Source: an uncultured Muribaculaceae bacterium
GTDB taxonomy: Bacteria; Bacteroidota; Bacteroidia; Bacteroidales; UBA932
DNA length: 64,000 nucleotides
Assembly: GCA_964479995.1 (NCBI GenBank)
Contig: CAYZPF010000001.1
Coordinates: 10,948-74,947 of the forward strand
Direction of reading: 5' to 3'
Shown here piece after piece: positions 8,293-18,235 of this stretch. Below the pieces are notes generated by a model. The model did not search any database and was not told where the DNA came from. It saw only the letters and a list, made by a program, of their open reading frames with translations. Made by a program: the position numbers and the translations under genes. The first letter of the stretch is position 1, and every line of letters starts with the position of its first letter.

Positions 8293-9810
8293 TTAAACAT
8301 ACTTATACCAAATATCTACTATTTTACCATCAAATTGAGTTTCAAATAGTACCTTTTGCTCTTCAATGTTACTAATAATTATTGCCTCTTTAATATCTAG
8401 TATGAAAAATTTACCATTTTCTAATCCAATACCAATAGAATTACTATTACTATATTGAGAACTTATTGTCGTTATTTTACTATCAAAGCCCTCTTTAAAT
8501 ACTGCATGCTTCTTTGTTCTCGGATCGTAATAATACAACTTATACGGATCACTACCTGATACAAAAAACAAGTATGGTCGCGCTCTTAGTAATTCAAAAA
8601 TTGTCCCTTCGCCCATTAATACCCTTGTATCACTTGGTATTTGATCATAATCTATCCTAGTACACACATTTTGAGGATTTGAGGTAGGTTTATGTATCAT
8701 GGCGTACACATACAACTCTCCGGTTGCTTTATCTCTGATTATGGAATGAATATCGTATTGCGTCCCGGAATTTTTCATCCTGGAATAAAGTACATCATAA
8801 TTACTTAAATCATTAGGTGAAGGAATACCTGTCGTGGGGGACCAATCAACCGGTGGATTTATCGGAATAAGTTTACCTGCTGACTGGATGCCAGCAGCCT
8901 CCAATCTATAAAAACAGGATGTTTTTCTGTCATAAACAGAAGGGTAATACACTCCATAGTGAAACAGGATAAATCGAATATCTAACACTTCACTATTTAA
9001 AGTTAAAGGTACTGTTGCAAAATAGCTATAAGGATATTCAGCAGCCCCATTATGAGTTTTTGTAAAAAGTCGACCATCCTCACCTAGTATAGCAGAAACA
9101 GCTATACCCGACATCATATATTTAGGAACAAAATTTTCTGGACATTTATGGTCAACAAAATCGGTTGTAAAATCTCCGAAATAAGAGTAGGTATTCGCGT
9201 CTAAAATAATATCATCGCCAGGTTCTCCCTGCAATATTCTAATCTCTTTCCTTCCCCCAACATTATATAATACTTTTCTTGGGTTAAAACCAAGATCTTT
9301 TCCTGTTGTTGTTCTATAAATATCTTTATCCGAAACCCATTCTTTGTTTACTTCTCTTGCAAAATTTAAAGTACTCTTTCCGGAGTGGTCAGATAAAACC
9401 AGCCAACCAACTTTGTAGGGCGTTGCCACAACAAAAGAGAGGCCGGCAGTAAATGAAGCTCCAGTAGTAGTATCTTTAGCAATACATATACCTAAATAGG
9501 TCTTACCCACTACAGCATTTTGAAGTATCACACTCATATTTCGCTCTGTGCATACCAATCCCAGCTCATCAAAATGATATTCCCATTTATATATATTAGT
9601 ATCTACCTGATTCTCATTGTAATATTTAACAATAGGGATAAATTCAACAGGTTCTCCCACCTCAAATGTAGCTGAGCTACTCGAAAAAGTAATGTCAATT
9701 TCGTTTGTCATGATATCTTTATACTCATAATTTCCTTTATCGGGGAAACAAGATTTTAAAGGGATAATCCCTAACATTAAAATAAAGAGTATTGTAGTAT
9801 TTTTTTTCAT
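8293..9810 (-). CDS. PKD-like family surface lipoprotein, probable C-terminal beta-propeller
   Basis: Lipobox LKSC followed by FPDKGNYEY, typical of this family; GWLVLS motif; position after susD and DUF4843. Confidence 0.8.
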   Translation of the reverse strand: MKKNTTILFILMLGIIPLKSCFPDKGNYEYKDIMTNEIDITFSSSSATFEVGEPVEFIPIVKYYNENQVDTNIYKWEYHFDELGLVCTERNMSVILQNAVVGKTYLGICIAKDTTTGASFTAGLSFVVATPYKVGWLVLSDHSGKSTLNFAREVNKEWVSDKDIYRTTTGKDLGFNPRKVLYNVGGRKEIRILQGEPGDDIILDANTYSYFGDFTTDFVDHKCPENFVPKYMMSGIAVSAILGEDGRLFTKTHNGAAEYPYSYFATVPLTLNSEVLDIRFILFHYGVYYPSVYDRKTSCFYRLEAAGIQSAGKLIPINPPVDWSPTTGIPSPNDLSNYDVLYSRMKNSGTQYDIHSIIRDKATGELYVYAMIHKPTSNPQNVCTRIDYDQIPSDTRVLMGEGTIFELLRARPYLFFVSGSDPYKLYYYDPRTKKHAVFKEGFDSKITTISSQYSNSNSIGIGLENGKFFILDIKEAIIISNIEEQKVLFETQFDGKIVDIWYKYV

Positions 9811-9820
9811 ATCTCAAGTT

Positions 9821-10492
9821 TTAAATTCTAACCGTTATTGTCATTAATAAACCATCCTCATCTAACGTAGGATGAGAATCTAGATAAGCTTTAAATTGAA
9901 GTGCCCAAGATCTAATCCAAGAAATGTTCACTTCAGAAAAATCGGGTTTTACTACTTCAACAAACAGTTTAAATTTTGTATCAGAGTATTTTCCTAGGTA
10001 ATAGGTAATTACCTCCGCCGTCCACCAATCGGGCTGAGCTATCATATCACTAACCTTAATAAATAGTCTTCTAAAATTTCTATCTCCCATTAAAAAATCC
10101 CTACTCTCATTTAACTCAATACAAATTAAATCTTCGGAAGTAGCCAATTCAGGATAATTTAAAAGTTTAAAATATAAAGTATCATACATACTCATCGGTT
10201 TAAACTTCATTGTAGAAGGTAGAATATATGAACCATTCTTCATTGTAGTATGTTCCGGAACAACTGAAATAGAAAATTCTTTCTCATTTAAGGATGGGAT
10301 TCCAATATGTTGCAGAATTATTGGACATTCATATTCAGAAAGACCGCCAAGCATAAAGAAAGAGACGATCATAGTGTCCTTTTCCGTTCTAGTAAAAGAA
10401 ATAAAACTGGTAGAATCGTATACTTTTATATCATCTATTTTACAAGCTGATACTCCGATAATTATTATTAATAAATATAAATACCTTTTCAT
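9821..10492 (-). CDS. DUF4843-like lipoprotein
   Basis: Lipobox VSAC; QPDWW...YYLGKYSDTKFKLF motif; directly after susD. Confidence 0.8.
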   Translation of the reverse strand: MKRYLYLLIIIIGVSACKIDDIKVYDSTSFISFTRTEKDTMIVSFFMLGGLSEYECPIILQHIGIPSLNEKEFSISVVPEHTTMKNGSYILPSTMKFKPMSMYDTLYFKLLNYPELATSEDLICIELNESRDFLMGDRNFRRLFIKVSDMIAQPDWWTAEVITYYLGKYSDTKFKLFVEVVKPDFSEVNISWIRSWALQFKAYLDSHPTLDEDGLLMTITVRI

Positions 10493-10504
10493 AATTTCTA
10501 TTTT

Positions 10505-11965
10505 TTAATTTAAAAACTGACTATCCGGTATTTGAAATGTCATCCTCTCTTCTATTGGAGGATAATTCCCTCCTTCAAATAGTATCGGGTAATTTAATCG
10601 TTTATACATAAAGAAAAGTTGACCTTCACCTATAAATTCTCTTCTAGCATCATTAATCAATATATCATATAACTCTGATTGACCGCTTATTGCTAAGATT
10701 TGTCGTTTACAACCCTTTCCCGAACGATATTCTTTAAGTAATCTTAAAGACTCATCAACGTCTCCCATTCGATAATAATACTCAATTAACGTATAGTATA
10801 TCTCACTCATTCTAAAAATTGGAATAGCTCTACCCTCCACATTGTCAGTCATGTCACTATTAACCATACGATATTTTAAAGAATTTCCGTATCCTTCAAC
10901 TTCTCTTTCAATTAAATAGAGTCTGTAATCATCCTCGTCTTCATAAAAAATATTTACTACATCACCTATAGGTAATGTGTTGGATGCGTAATAATTTTCC
11001 ACTGTATTCAACAAGTTTCTATTGTAAAAAGAAAATGGACTTTCAGATAAATATTTCTTCTGTCTAGAAGCTAAAGCTCCTGAATAATCACTTGAAGAGC
11101 TGAAGTTAAAATACCTTCTATCGCTTATTATGAACTCATCATAAAAATGTTTAGCAAATATAAATGCATTTTCATAATCACCCTTGTAAAGATGTACTCT
11201 AGATAACAAAGCAATGACAGCACAATAATTCATTCGGAAACCTCTTTTAGAGAAAAATTCTCCCCCATCAACTGTCCCCAGTACTGATCCATCATATCTG
11301 GCCGTTCTTGAATTTATAGCATTCCTATTCAAAATTGTATCATGAAAGGCCAATAAATTTTTTGCCTTTAATAAATCATCTGTAATCCTCTTTAAAGTTT
11401 CAACCGTTGTCAACGGAATGGTTATTTGCGAAGGATAAATATCATAATAAGGTACTAAAGTTGCGTTTAGGTCATTCATGACGGACGGGGCAAATAATCT
11501 CAACCAATCTAAATGCAACATAGCTCTCAGTGCTAACGCCTCGCCTTTTATAACATTTCGCCCGGTTGTATCCAATGTAAATAAGGATGGTTGAACATTT
11601 TCTATCTCATTTAATAAAATATTACAATTGGCAATTGCATTATAAGATTGGGACCAAACACTATTTATTAAGGGTAGTATCCGTTCACTTTGATAAAGAT
11701 AACGCATAGCACTTTGCTCTACTATATTAGTTGCGCTAGCATAATTTTGTGCAATACAACTTAATAATCCCCAACTTAATGTTTTGCCATAAAGAGATGG
11801 CTCCGAACATTTCTGATATATTCCGTTTAATGCATTATGAAAACCAACCTCATTAGAAAAAACAACATCTTTAATTATCTCACTTTTTGGTCGTACCTCT
11901 AGCCATTTATTGCACGAGATTAGTGATATGGTCAATATTGGTAGTATAAATAATATTTTTTTCAT
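10505..11965 (-). CDS. susD: SusD/RagB nutrient-binding lipoprotein
   Basis: SCNKWLEVRPKS, YNAIANCNILL, GEALALRAMLHLD, RMSEIYY, RREFIGEGQLFF. Confidence 0.95.
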   Translation of the reverse strand: MKKILFILPILTISLISCNKWLEVRPKSEIIKDVVFSNEVGFHNALNGIYQKCSEPSLYGKTLSWGLLSCIAQNYASATNIVEQSAMRYLYQSERILPLINSVWSQSYNAIANCNILLNEIENVQPSLFTLDTTGRNVIKGEALALRAMLHLDWLRLFAPSVMNDLNATLVPYYDIYPSQITIPLTTVETLKRITDDLLKAKNLLAFHDTILNRNAINSRTARYDGSVLGTVDGGEFFSKRGFRMNYCAVIALLSRVHLYKGDYENAFIFAKHFYDEFIISDRRYFNFSSSSDYSGALASRQKKYLSESPFSFYNRNLLNTVENYYASNTLPIGDVVNIFYEDEDDYRLYLIEREVEGYGNSLKYRMVNSDMTDNVEGRAIPIFRMSEIYYTLIEYYYRMGDVDESLRLLKEYRSGKGCKRQILAISGQSELYDILINDARREFIGEGQLFFMYKRLNYPILFEGGNYPPIEERMTFQIPDSQFLN

Positions 11966-11977
11966 AGCAAATCTTGG

Positions 11978-14900
11978 TTAAAATGTTAGTCTTAAATCAA
12001 AACTAAAAATCCTTGCGTACGGATATGTTGTTCCTCTCTCCCTTTTTATAGTTGAAAGATATAATACATCATTCATGTTAAATTGTAGTTTTAATTGGCT
12101 CATGCTCATTCTTTTTACGAATCCGTCTTTCTTTGTCCACGCCAGACTCAAAGAATTAAATCTGAAAGTATTATTGTCTTGTACAAACCTGGAAGTAGGG
12201 CGCGTATAAGCAGAACGGTCTGCAATATCTTTCAAAGGGGTAATGTCTCCTATTGCTCTCCATCTATCCGTTAGTACTCTCCTATCTGCATTATAATTAT
12301 AAAGATTAACTGATTCAATTTTCATAGGGATTGTAGTGTTATAAGCCTGCCCACCATATTCGTACAAAAAGCTCGTAAACATACTCAGGCTATTCCATTG
12401 AAAATTAAATCCGAATGCCCCCTGAATAATTGGTAATTTATTTCCTAAAATTTGCTGCTCATTAGCCTCCCAATTAAAAGTGATTGTCCCATCTCTTCTC
12501 ACAAAAACTTCCTTGCCGCTTGTTGGATCTATCCCTAAAGATTTCATACCAAAAATTGATGTTGTTGAACCGCCTTCTTCATATTTAACAAAAGGTTTTG
12601 CATACTTTTCATCATTTGAGCTTATTGAATAATTTTTTGTGTAATATTCATCTACTTTACTGTTATAGTGTTTCAAAGAGTTTGCAATTTCCAATATCTT
12701 ATTATTATTATGAGCAAGATTACCAAAAATGGCAAGAAACAAATTTTTCTTTTTAATGATATCTGATCTAATATCTAATTCAAATCCTGTATTTTCAACC
12801 TTTCCCATATTATCATAATAAGTTGTAAAGCCATACGATGAAGGTACGGTTATTTGAGAAACCATATCTATTGTTTTAGCATAATAATACGCAGGTTTTA
12901 AGTATAGTAGCCCATTTTTAATGTTTATTTCAAGCTTTAAATCGTAACTCTTCTTTTTCTCCCAATTTAATTGAGGATTTCCCATAGCATTTAACACTAT
13001 TCCCATACCCGTGGCATACCAAGTGTCAGAGAAGATTTTATAAATGTCTTTTGCGGCATAAGGAGGGAAATTTAATTTACCGGTTTCTCCGGTTGTAGCT
13101 GTTATTTTCAACTGTGTTAAATATGGGTGATTTTGTAAAAAAGGATATTTATGAATATTTAATCCTATACCTAGCGACCAAAAAGGAGCATATTTTTTCT
13201 CCCAACCAAATTCAGTTGAACCATCAACTCGAACAGAACCATCAAAAAGATAAATATCATCATATGAGTAATTAATTCTGAAGAAGCTTCCAAACAATCT
13301 CGTATTATTATCTAGCTCCAACGGTTTACTACTAATCTCCTGTGCAAACATAATCGAACTCATATTTCCCGAAGGAAAACCTTGATATTTTGCAATTATT
13401 GAAGATACTTTTGTTTCATAACTATTAAAACCTAAAGATGTACTTATGTGATTTAATCCAATTGAACGATTGTATAAAAGTTGTAAATTTGTTGTCCAAT
13501 TAAAATTATTACCATCTGTTTTTGTTAATTCTCCTTTTGCCTTATCAGCATATCCTATAGCATATCTTCCGGAAAGAGGATCAAAGAAGACCTCCTTAGT
13601 ATTAATCTCTTTGACAAGTCCTATTTGTCCTTTAAAATTTAGATATGCATTGGGACGCCAGTCTATAACTAAATTATTGGAAAATTCTTGACTATCGCCT
13701 TTAGAGAAATTTTGTGTCATACTCCCTTCATACATGGGATTTACATAATCAGTTGACGTTAAATACCATCTTGGGAAAGTATATACATATTCCCCATAAG
13801 AGTCATATAATTCATTATACGGAGCCTGTTTTACAAAATCAGCAAATGTACCATAGGGTGAATCTTTCGAATCAATTTTATTAAATGAAGCCCTGTTAAT
13901 TATCATTAATTTTTCAATTCTATAATCAAGTCTTAGCTCGGCACCTAATCTATTGCGATAGTCTTTTTTCATCACCCCTTTCTGTTGGTCATAAAGAAAA
14001 TTAATCCCATAACGAATATTGTTACTACCACCGTCAATAGCTAGACTGTGTTTATGATTATATCCTACCCTTAATGGTAATGATAGCCAATAAGTATTGA
14101 CTCCTTTTTCTATTGCATTTTGTTTATCTGCTATTTCTTTGTATAAATGTCTTACACCTCTTTGACCACCTGCCGGATCAGGTATATAGTATCCCGACAA
14201 TATCTCTGCTTCAAGTTTTTCCCTAGCATCAAAATAATCATAACTATTTAAATCTGGTACTGATAGATTGCCCATTAAACTATAAGCTATATTAAAAACT
14301 CCTGCTTTAGGCGCAATTGTCTCAATTACAATTACTCCATTTGATGCTCTAGAACCGTATACAGCTGTGGCTGCTGCATCTTTTAGAATAGTTATACTAT
14401 GAATTCTGTTTGGATCCATATCGTATATCTTTGAAATACTCACAGTAAGACCATCAAGAATAAATATTGGTAAACTTGGATTAGACTTCATTTTAACTTC
14501 CGATATATCTTCTATATCTAAATCCACAATTCCCGATTGTCCTCTTATATAAAAATCAGGAATTACATTTGGATTGGAGCCCATTGCATTATTTTCCATT
14601 ATCCTAAAAGAAGGATCAAAAACTTGAAGAATTGAAATCACATTTCGGCTTGCAACCTCTTTAATTTGTTCGCCACTAACTCGGGTGGCACTACCCGTAT
14701 AAGATTCTTTTCTAATATTCTCATAACCTGTCACCACCACATCGTCAAGGCTCATAGGCATATCTTCAAGTGTTATTATATACTCTTTTTCTCCGGTAAG
14801 AATCCTATCATCCATTATTTCATTTATCTTGATTTCTCTGCTCCTCATACCAATATAACTGAAAACTAAAATAGGATTATCAATTTCAGGAATTTTTATC

Positions 14901-15388
14901 GAATATTTTCCGTCACTATCTGTAAAAGCTCCTATTCTCGTCCCCTTTACAATTATATTAACTCCTACAAGAGGTTGGTTTTTATTATCAACTGCCCTCC
15001 CTATTATGGTAATGCTCTCTTTAACTTGTTGTTGACGTGATGTTTTTTTAATTAACAGTACTTCATTTACCTTTTCATATCTTAGGTTTGTACCTTTTAG
15101 AATATGTTCAAGCACCTCTTCTATTGTAGCATTCTCAAATGAAACATCTCCACATTCAAGGTCCCTGACACTATTAAGATCATAAAGTATTTTAACTCCC
15201 GGCAAATTTTTGATTTGATTTAATGCATCGACTAACGAAGCTTTTTTAATCGATATGGTGATAGGCTTCGGTTGTCCGGCAACAAAAGCACCGAATCCCA
15301 CGTTGGATGAAACGAGTATCACTGCCAGAGATAATACCTTAAAAAACAGCAGGGGATTACCCCATCTTAATGGAATTTTTTTTCTCAT
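11978..15388 (-). CDS. susC: SusC/RagA TonB-dependent transporter with N-terminal STN signalling domain
   Basis: STN-like N-terminus, carboxypeptidase-like domain, VVVTGY, LKDAAATAVYGSRASNGVIVIET, C-terminal RLTF. Confidence 0.96.
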   Translation of the reverse strand: MRKKIPLRWGNPLLFFKVLSLAVILVSSNVGFGAFVAGQPKPITISIKKASLVDALNQIKNLPGVKILYDLNSVRDLECGDVSFENATIEEVLEHILKGTNLRYEKVNEVLLIKKTSRQQQVKESITIIGRAVDNKNQPLVGVNIIVKGTRIGAFTDSDGKYSIKIPEIDNPILVFSYIGMRSREIKINEIMDDRILTGEKEYIITLEDMPMSLDDVVVTGYENIRKESYTGSATRVSGEQIKEVASRNVISILQVFDPSFRIMENNAMGSNPNVIPDFYIRGQSGIVDLDIEDISEVKMKSNPSLPIFILDGLTVSISKIYDMDPNRIHSITILKDAAATAVYGSRASNGVIVIETIAPKAGVFNIAYSLMGNLSVPDLNSYDYFDAREKLEAEILSGYYIPDPAGGQRGVRHLYKEIADKQNAIEKGVNTYWLSLPLRVGYNHKHSLAIDGGSNNIRYGINFLYDQQKGVMKKDYRNRLGAELRLDYRIEKLMIINRASFNKIDSKDSPYGTFADFVKQAPYNELYDSYGEYVYTFPRWYLTSTDYVNPMYEGSMTQNFSKGDSQEFSNNLVIDWRPNAYLNFKGQIGLVKEINTKEVFFDPLSGRYAIGYADKAKGELTKTDGNNFNWTTNLQLLYNRSIGLNHISTSLGFNSYETKVSSIIAKYQGFPSGNMSSIMFAQEISSKPLELDNNTRLFGSFFRINYSYDDIYLFDGSVRVDGSTEFGWEKKYAPFWSLGIGLNIHKYPFLQNHPYLTQLKITATTGETGKLNFPPYAAKDIYKIFSDTWYATGMGIVLNAMGNPQLNWEKKKSYDLKLEINIKNGLLYLKPAYYYAKTIDMVSQITVPSSYGFTTYYDNMGKVENTGFELDIRSDIIKKKNLFLAIFGNLAHNNNKILEIANSLKHYNSKVDEYYTKNYSISSNDEKYAKPFVKYEEGGSTTSIFGMKSLGIDPTSGKEVFVRRDGTITFNWEANEQQILGNKLPIIQGAFGFNFQWNSLSMFTSFLYEYGGQAYNTTIPMKIESVNLYNYNADRRVLTDRWRAIGDITPLKDIADRSAYTRPTSRFVQDNNTFRFNSLSLAWTKKDGFVKRMSMSQLKLQFNMNDVLYLSTIKRERGTTYPYARIFSFDLRLTF

Positions 15389-15406
15389 AATTTAAAAATT
15401 TAGTTA

Positions 15407-16621
15407 TTAGGTAACACCGTTTATTTTAGCTTTCTTTTTTTTAATAATTACATCTCTATCTTTTACAATAAATTTAATATCTACCTGTGCTTCAAACAAT
15501 TTTACAAACGAATCAATGTTCTTATACTTATCTAAGCTTCCGGAAAACAAAATGCTTTTTATATCGTCCGACTCATACATAACAGTTAAGTCATACCACC
15601 TGGCAAGGATTTTCATTATCTCTTCAAAAGGGAGACTCTCAAATTGAAAAAGTTTATCTTTCCAGCTCACATAATTTTTCACACTTACATTACTAACTTT
15701 TTGGGTACCAGACGAAAAATGATAGATAAGTTGCTGACCTGGTAAAAGAATAGTCTCTTCTCCTTGAGCTACTTTAAATGAGACTGCACCTTTTACAAGA
15801 GTCGTATATCTATAATCGTCCTCTGCATAGTCCTTAACATTAAATTGTGTTCCAAGTACAGTTATATCGCCTGAATTAGTGTTGACGATAAAAGGTTTCG
15901 ATTCATCTTTTGCAACTTCAAAATAGGCTTCTCCCTCTAACCAAACAACTCTCTTTTTTTCCGTAAATGATATAGGATATTTTAGTTTGGAATCAGCATT
16001 CAACCATATCTTTGTACCATCCGAAAGTATGAGCGAATACTCGCCTCCCCTTGGCACAAGAAGGGTATTGATTAATATCTTTTTGGACAGCTCTTTTTGT
16101 GTATCTTTCTCATATTCTACTCTATTAGATTCGATACTTATTATTTTTCCCCCTTCCTTAAGAATACCCTCTTTTAAATTTAAACCTCCTAGATTTATCT
16201 CCTTCCCGCCATCAAGAATTAAAAGAGCTTTTTTTTCTACAGGTTTAATATTTGAAAAATCAGCAATAAGCTTAATATCAGGCTTATTAGAACTTATAAC
16301 TCCATTAAACAGATATAAAATAATTACAATTGCAGAGGCTATTCCCACAGACCAACCAGATAGAGTATAGGCTCTTCTCTTAACCCTGTTCCCTCTGATT
16401 CTTCTCTCCATATCTCTTCTAGCCTTTTGGGTATCAATTTCCTTATATTTATGATAAGTCTTTATCAACAACTCTCTATTTTGCAATCTTTTAAATAACT
16501 CCTGATTCTTCGCCGATGCTTGCAACCAAAGATTCAGGTAAGATTGCTCCTCTTCTGTCAGAGTATTGAATTCTCTTTTAACAAGAATATTTATAATTTT
16601 TTCTAATTCCATACTTGGCAA
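15407..16621 (-). CDS. fecR: FecR-family anti-sigma factor
   Basis: TM segment, VPRGGEYSLILSDGTKIWLNADSKLKYP, LEGEAYFEV, VLGTQFNV. Confidence 0.95.
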   Translation of the reverse strand: MPSMELEKIINILVKREFNTLTEEEQSYLNLWLQASAKNQELFKRLQNRELLIKTYHKYKEIDTQKARRDMERRIRGNRVKRRAYTLSGWSVGIASAIVIILYLFNGVISSNKPDIKLIADFSNIKPVEKKALLILDGGKEINLGGLNLKEGILKEGGKIISIESNRVEYEKDTQKELSKKILINTLLVPRGGEYSLILSDGTKIWLNADSKLKYPISFTEKKRVVWLEGEAYFEVAKDESKPFIVNTNSGDITVLGTQFNVKDYAEDDYRYTTLVKGAVSFKVAQGEETILLPGQQLIYHFSSGTQKVSNVSVKNYVSWKDKLFQFESLPFEEIMKILARWYDLTVMYESDDIKSILFSGSLDKYKNIDSFVKLFEAQVDIKFIVKDRDVIIKKKKAKINGVT

Positions 16622-16678
16622 TATTTTCTATGAATTAATACAATAGTTTTGTCTCATTATCATCCTTTCGCATATTAG

Positions 16679-16705
16679 AGACGCTTAAAAGTCGAAAAAG
16701 GCTCA
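16679..16705 (-). promoter_or_regulatory. Candidate ECF-sigma promoter for the fecR-susC operon
   Basis: Minus strand TGAGCC-N16-CGTCT about 60 nt upstream of fecR. Confidence 0.5.
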
Positions 16706-16746
16706 AATAATTTTGACATTTTTATATCTTTACAAAAATCTCTCTT

Positions 16747-17442
16747 TTGATGCAATTTGATAGAGGAATAATTGATTCTTTTAAAAAAGGCAATCTTGAG
16801 CCGTTTTATTCTCACACCTATCCTGCAATGCTTATATATGCAAAAAGGCTATTAGGTGCTGGCTATGAGATGTATGCAGAAGATTGTGTTCAGAATGCCA
16901 TATACAAAACATGGAATAAAAGAGATATTTTTTCTGAGTCAAGTTCTCCAATTACATTCAGAGCATATATATATAGGTGTATCTTTAATGAAATTATGGA
17001 TATTAAACGGGCAAAATTCCGTTTTAATAAATTTGCAGAACAGAGCACCGATACTCCGGAGTTTTTCAATTCTGTGATTGAGCAAGAGGTTACAATAGCC
17101 ATTATTGAGGCAATAAAAAAATTACCTCAAAAAGAGAGAGAAGTTATTGAATTAAGTTATTTTAAGGGGCTAAAAAACAGTGAAATCGAAGAAAAATTAG
17201 GTATTTCTCTCTCCACTGTAAAACGTTACAAGAAAAGCGCTCTTGATTTCTTAAGGAAGAATATTCTCGAAACTATTACAATACTTATATCTATTATGCA
17301 TAACCCCTCACCCATTACTCATAACAGCTCACAGTTCACTCATCATAATTCACCCATCACCCGCCACCATTCACAATCTTGCCGGGTCAAAGAGTTTACT
17401 GTCGGGCGGAGTTGTACTCTTTTCGGGGATAATTTCCAGTAA
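16747..17442 (+). CDS. ECF sigma-70 factor with a repeat-derived C-terminal extension
   Basis: AEDCVQNAIYKTW (region 2), LPQKEREVIELSYFKGLKNSEIEEKLGISLSTVK (region 4); divergent from fecR; start 16747 (TTG) or 16750 (ATG). Confidence 0.92.
   Translation: MMQFDRGIIDSFKKGNLEPFYSHTYPAMLIYAKRLLGAGYEMYAEDCVQNAIYKTWNKRDIFSESSSPITFRAYIYRCIFNEIMDIKRAKFRFNKFAEQSTDTPEFFNSVIEQEVTIAIIEAIKKLPQKEREVIELSYFKGLKNSEIEEKLGISLSTVKRYKKSALDFLRKNILETITILISIMHNPSPITHNSSQFTHHNSPITRHHSQSCRVKEFTVGRSCTLFGDNFQ
17299..17375. repeat. Degenerate heptamer tandem repeat, 11 units
   Basis: CATAACC CCTCACC CATTACT CATAACA GCTCACA GTTCACT CATCATA ATTCACC CATCACC CGCCACC ATTCACA. Confidence 0.8.
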
Positions 17443-18213
17443 CGACTTTCTTTGGGTCCTGTTATTTATTACCTCCATTTCAATTGCAATATAGGTGCCG
17501 GGACCGCTCTTCTCGAACTTTGAAATTAATTGAGTTCTCAACAAAGCTCCTTTTGCGTCGTAGAATTCCACTTTACGGCAGAGGTTGTCGTTTTTGGTTA
17601 TATATGAAACCTTTTTAGTGAATCCGCTCTCTTTGGCAACCGTCGCATCTTTAGCTATTGACTCAATTATCCAGCAGACCTCGTTATTGATAGATCCGCT
17701 CCCTGTTAATGTATGCCTGTAATCATCTGTTGAGGGGCGGCTCATATCGGAATTGAGAAACTCCGATCCCATGAATTGTGAGGCTTTTTCAGAGCTTACC
17801 ACTCTTCTGCTCTTCCTAAGAGATGGTAAATAGATCCACATATCGTCGCCTTTCTCTTTATAGTCATGAATTAACATTGCAACTCCCTTTTGATCGGGGG
17901 GAGAGGTGATTCTCATAACCATTTTGGTAACCTCGGGAGTACTTAATGTTGATGATTCCATCTCTCTGACTCTCACTGCACCATTTGGAGCAAAGGTTTT
18001 AAGAGAGATCTTCATTGTTATACTCTTGTAATCAACCAAATCGGAGGATTTTTTTATAATCTTACAGGCCTCTTCACCCTCTTGTGCCGGTATTGCGCCT
18101 CTGCCAACAGCTAAAAGCGGAAGGCTTCCCGCCATAAGAAATGAGACAAAGGAGAGTAGTACAAGATTTGTTTTACACTTATTTATGCGTAGGATTTTTA
18201 TAAATTCTTTCAT
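17371..18213 (-). CDS. LolA-like 'outer membrane lipoprotein-sorting' periplasmic protein
   Basis: Signal peptide; SPPDQKGVAML, DDMWIYLPSLRKSRRV, FMGSEFLNSD motifs. Confidence 0.85.
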   Translation of the reverse strand: MKEFIKILRINKCKTNLVLLSFVSFLMAGSLPLLAVGRGAIPAQEGEEACKIIKKSSDLVDYKSITMKISLKTFAPNGAVRVREMESSTLSTPEVTKMVMRITSPPDQKGVAMLIHDYKEKGDDMWIYLPSLRKSRRVVSSEKASQFMGSEFLNSDMSRPSTDDYRHTLTGSGSINNEVCWIIESIAKDATVAKESGFTKKVSYITKNDNLCRKVEFYDAKGALLRTQLISKFEKSGPGTYIAIEMEVINNRTQRKSLLEIIPEKSTTPPDSKLFDPARL

Positions 18214-18235
18214 AACTTATTAATTTATAATTATT

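Noticed and set aside
8293..16621. Polysaccharide utilisation locus
   Set aside because: No glycoside hydrolase, lyase, esterase or sulfatase recognised.
616..17442. Autonomous ICE, prophage or RiPP cluster
   Set aside because: No integrase, relaxase, tra or phage genes, and no precursor peptide or modifying enzyme recognised.
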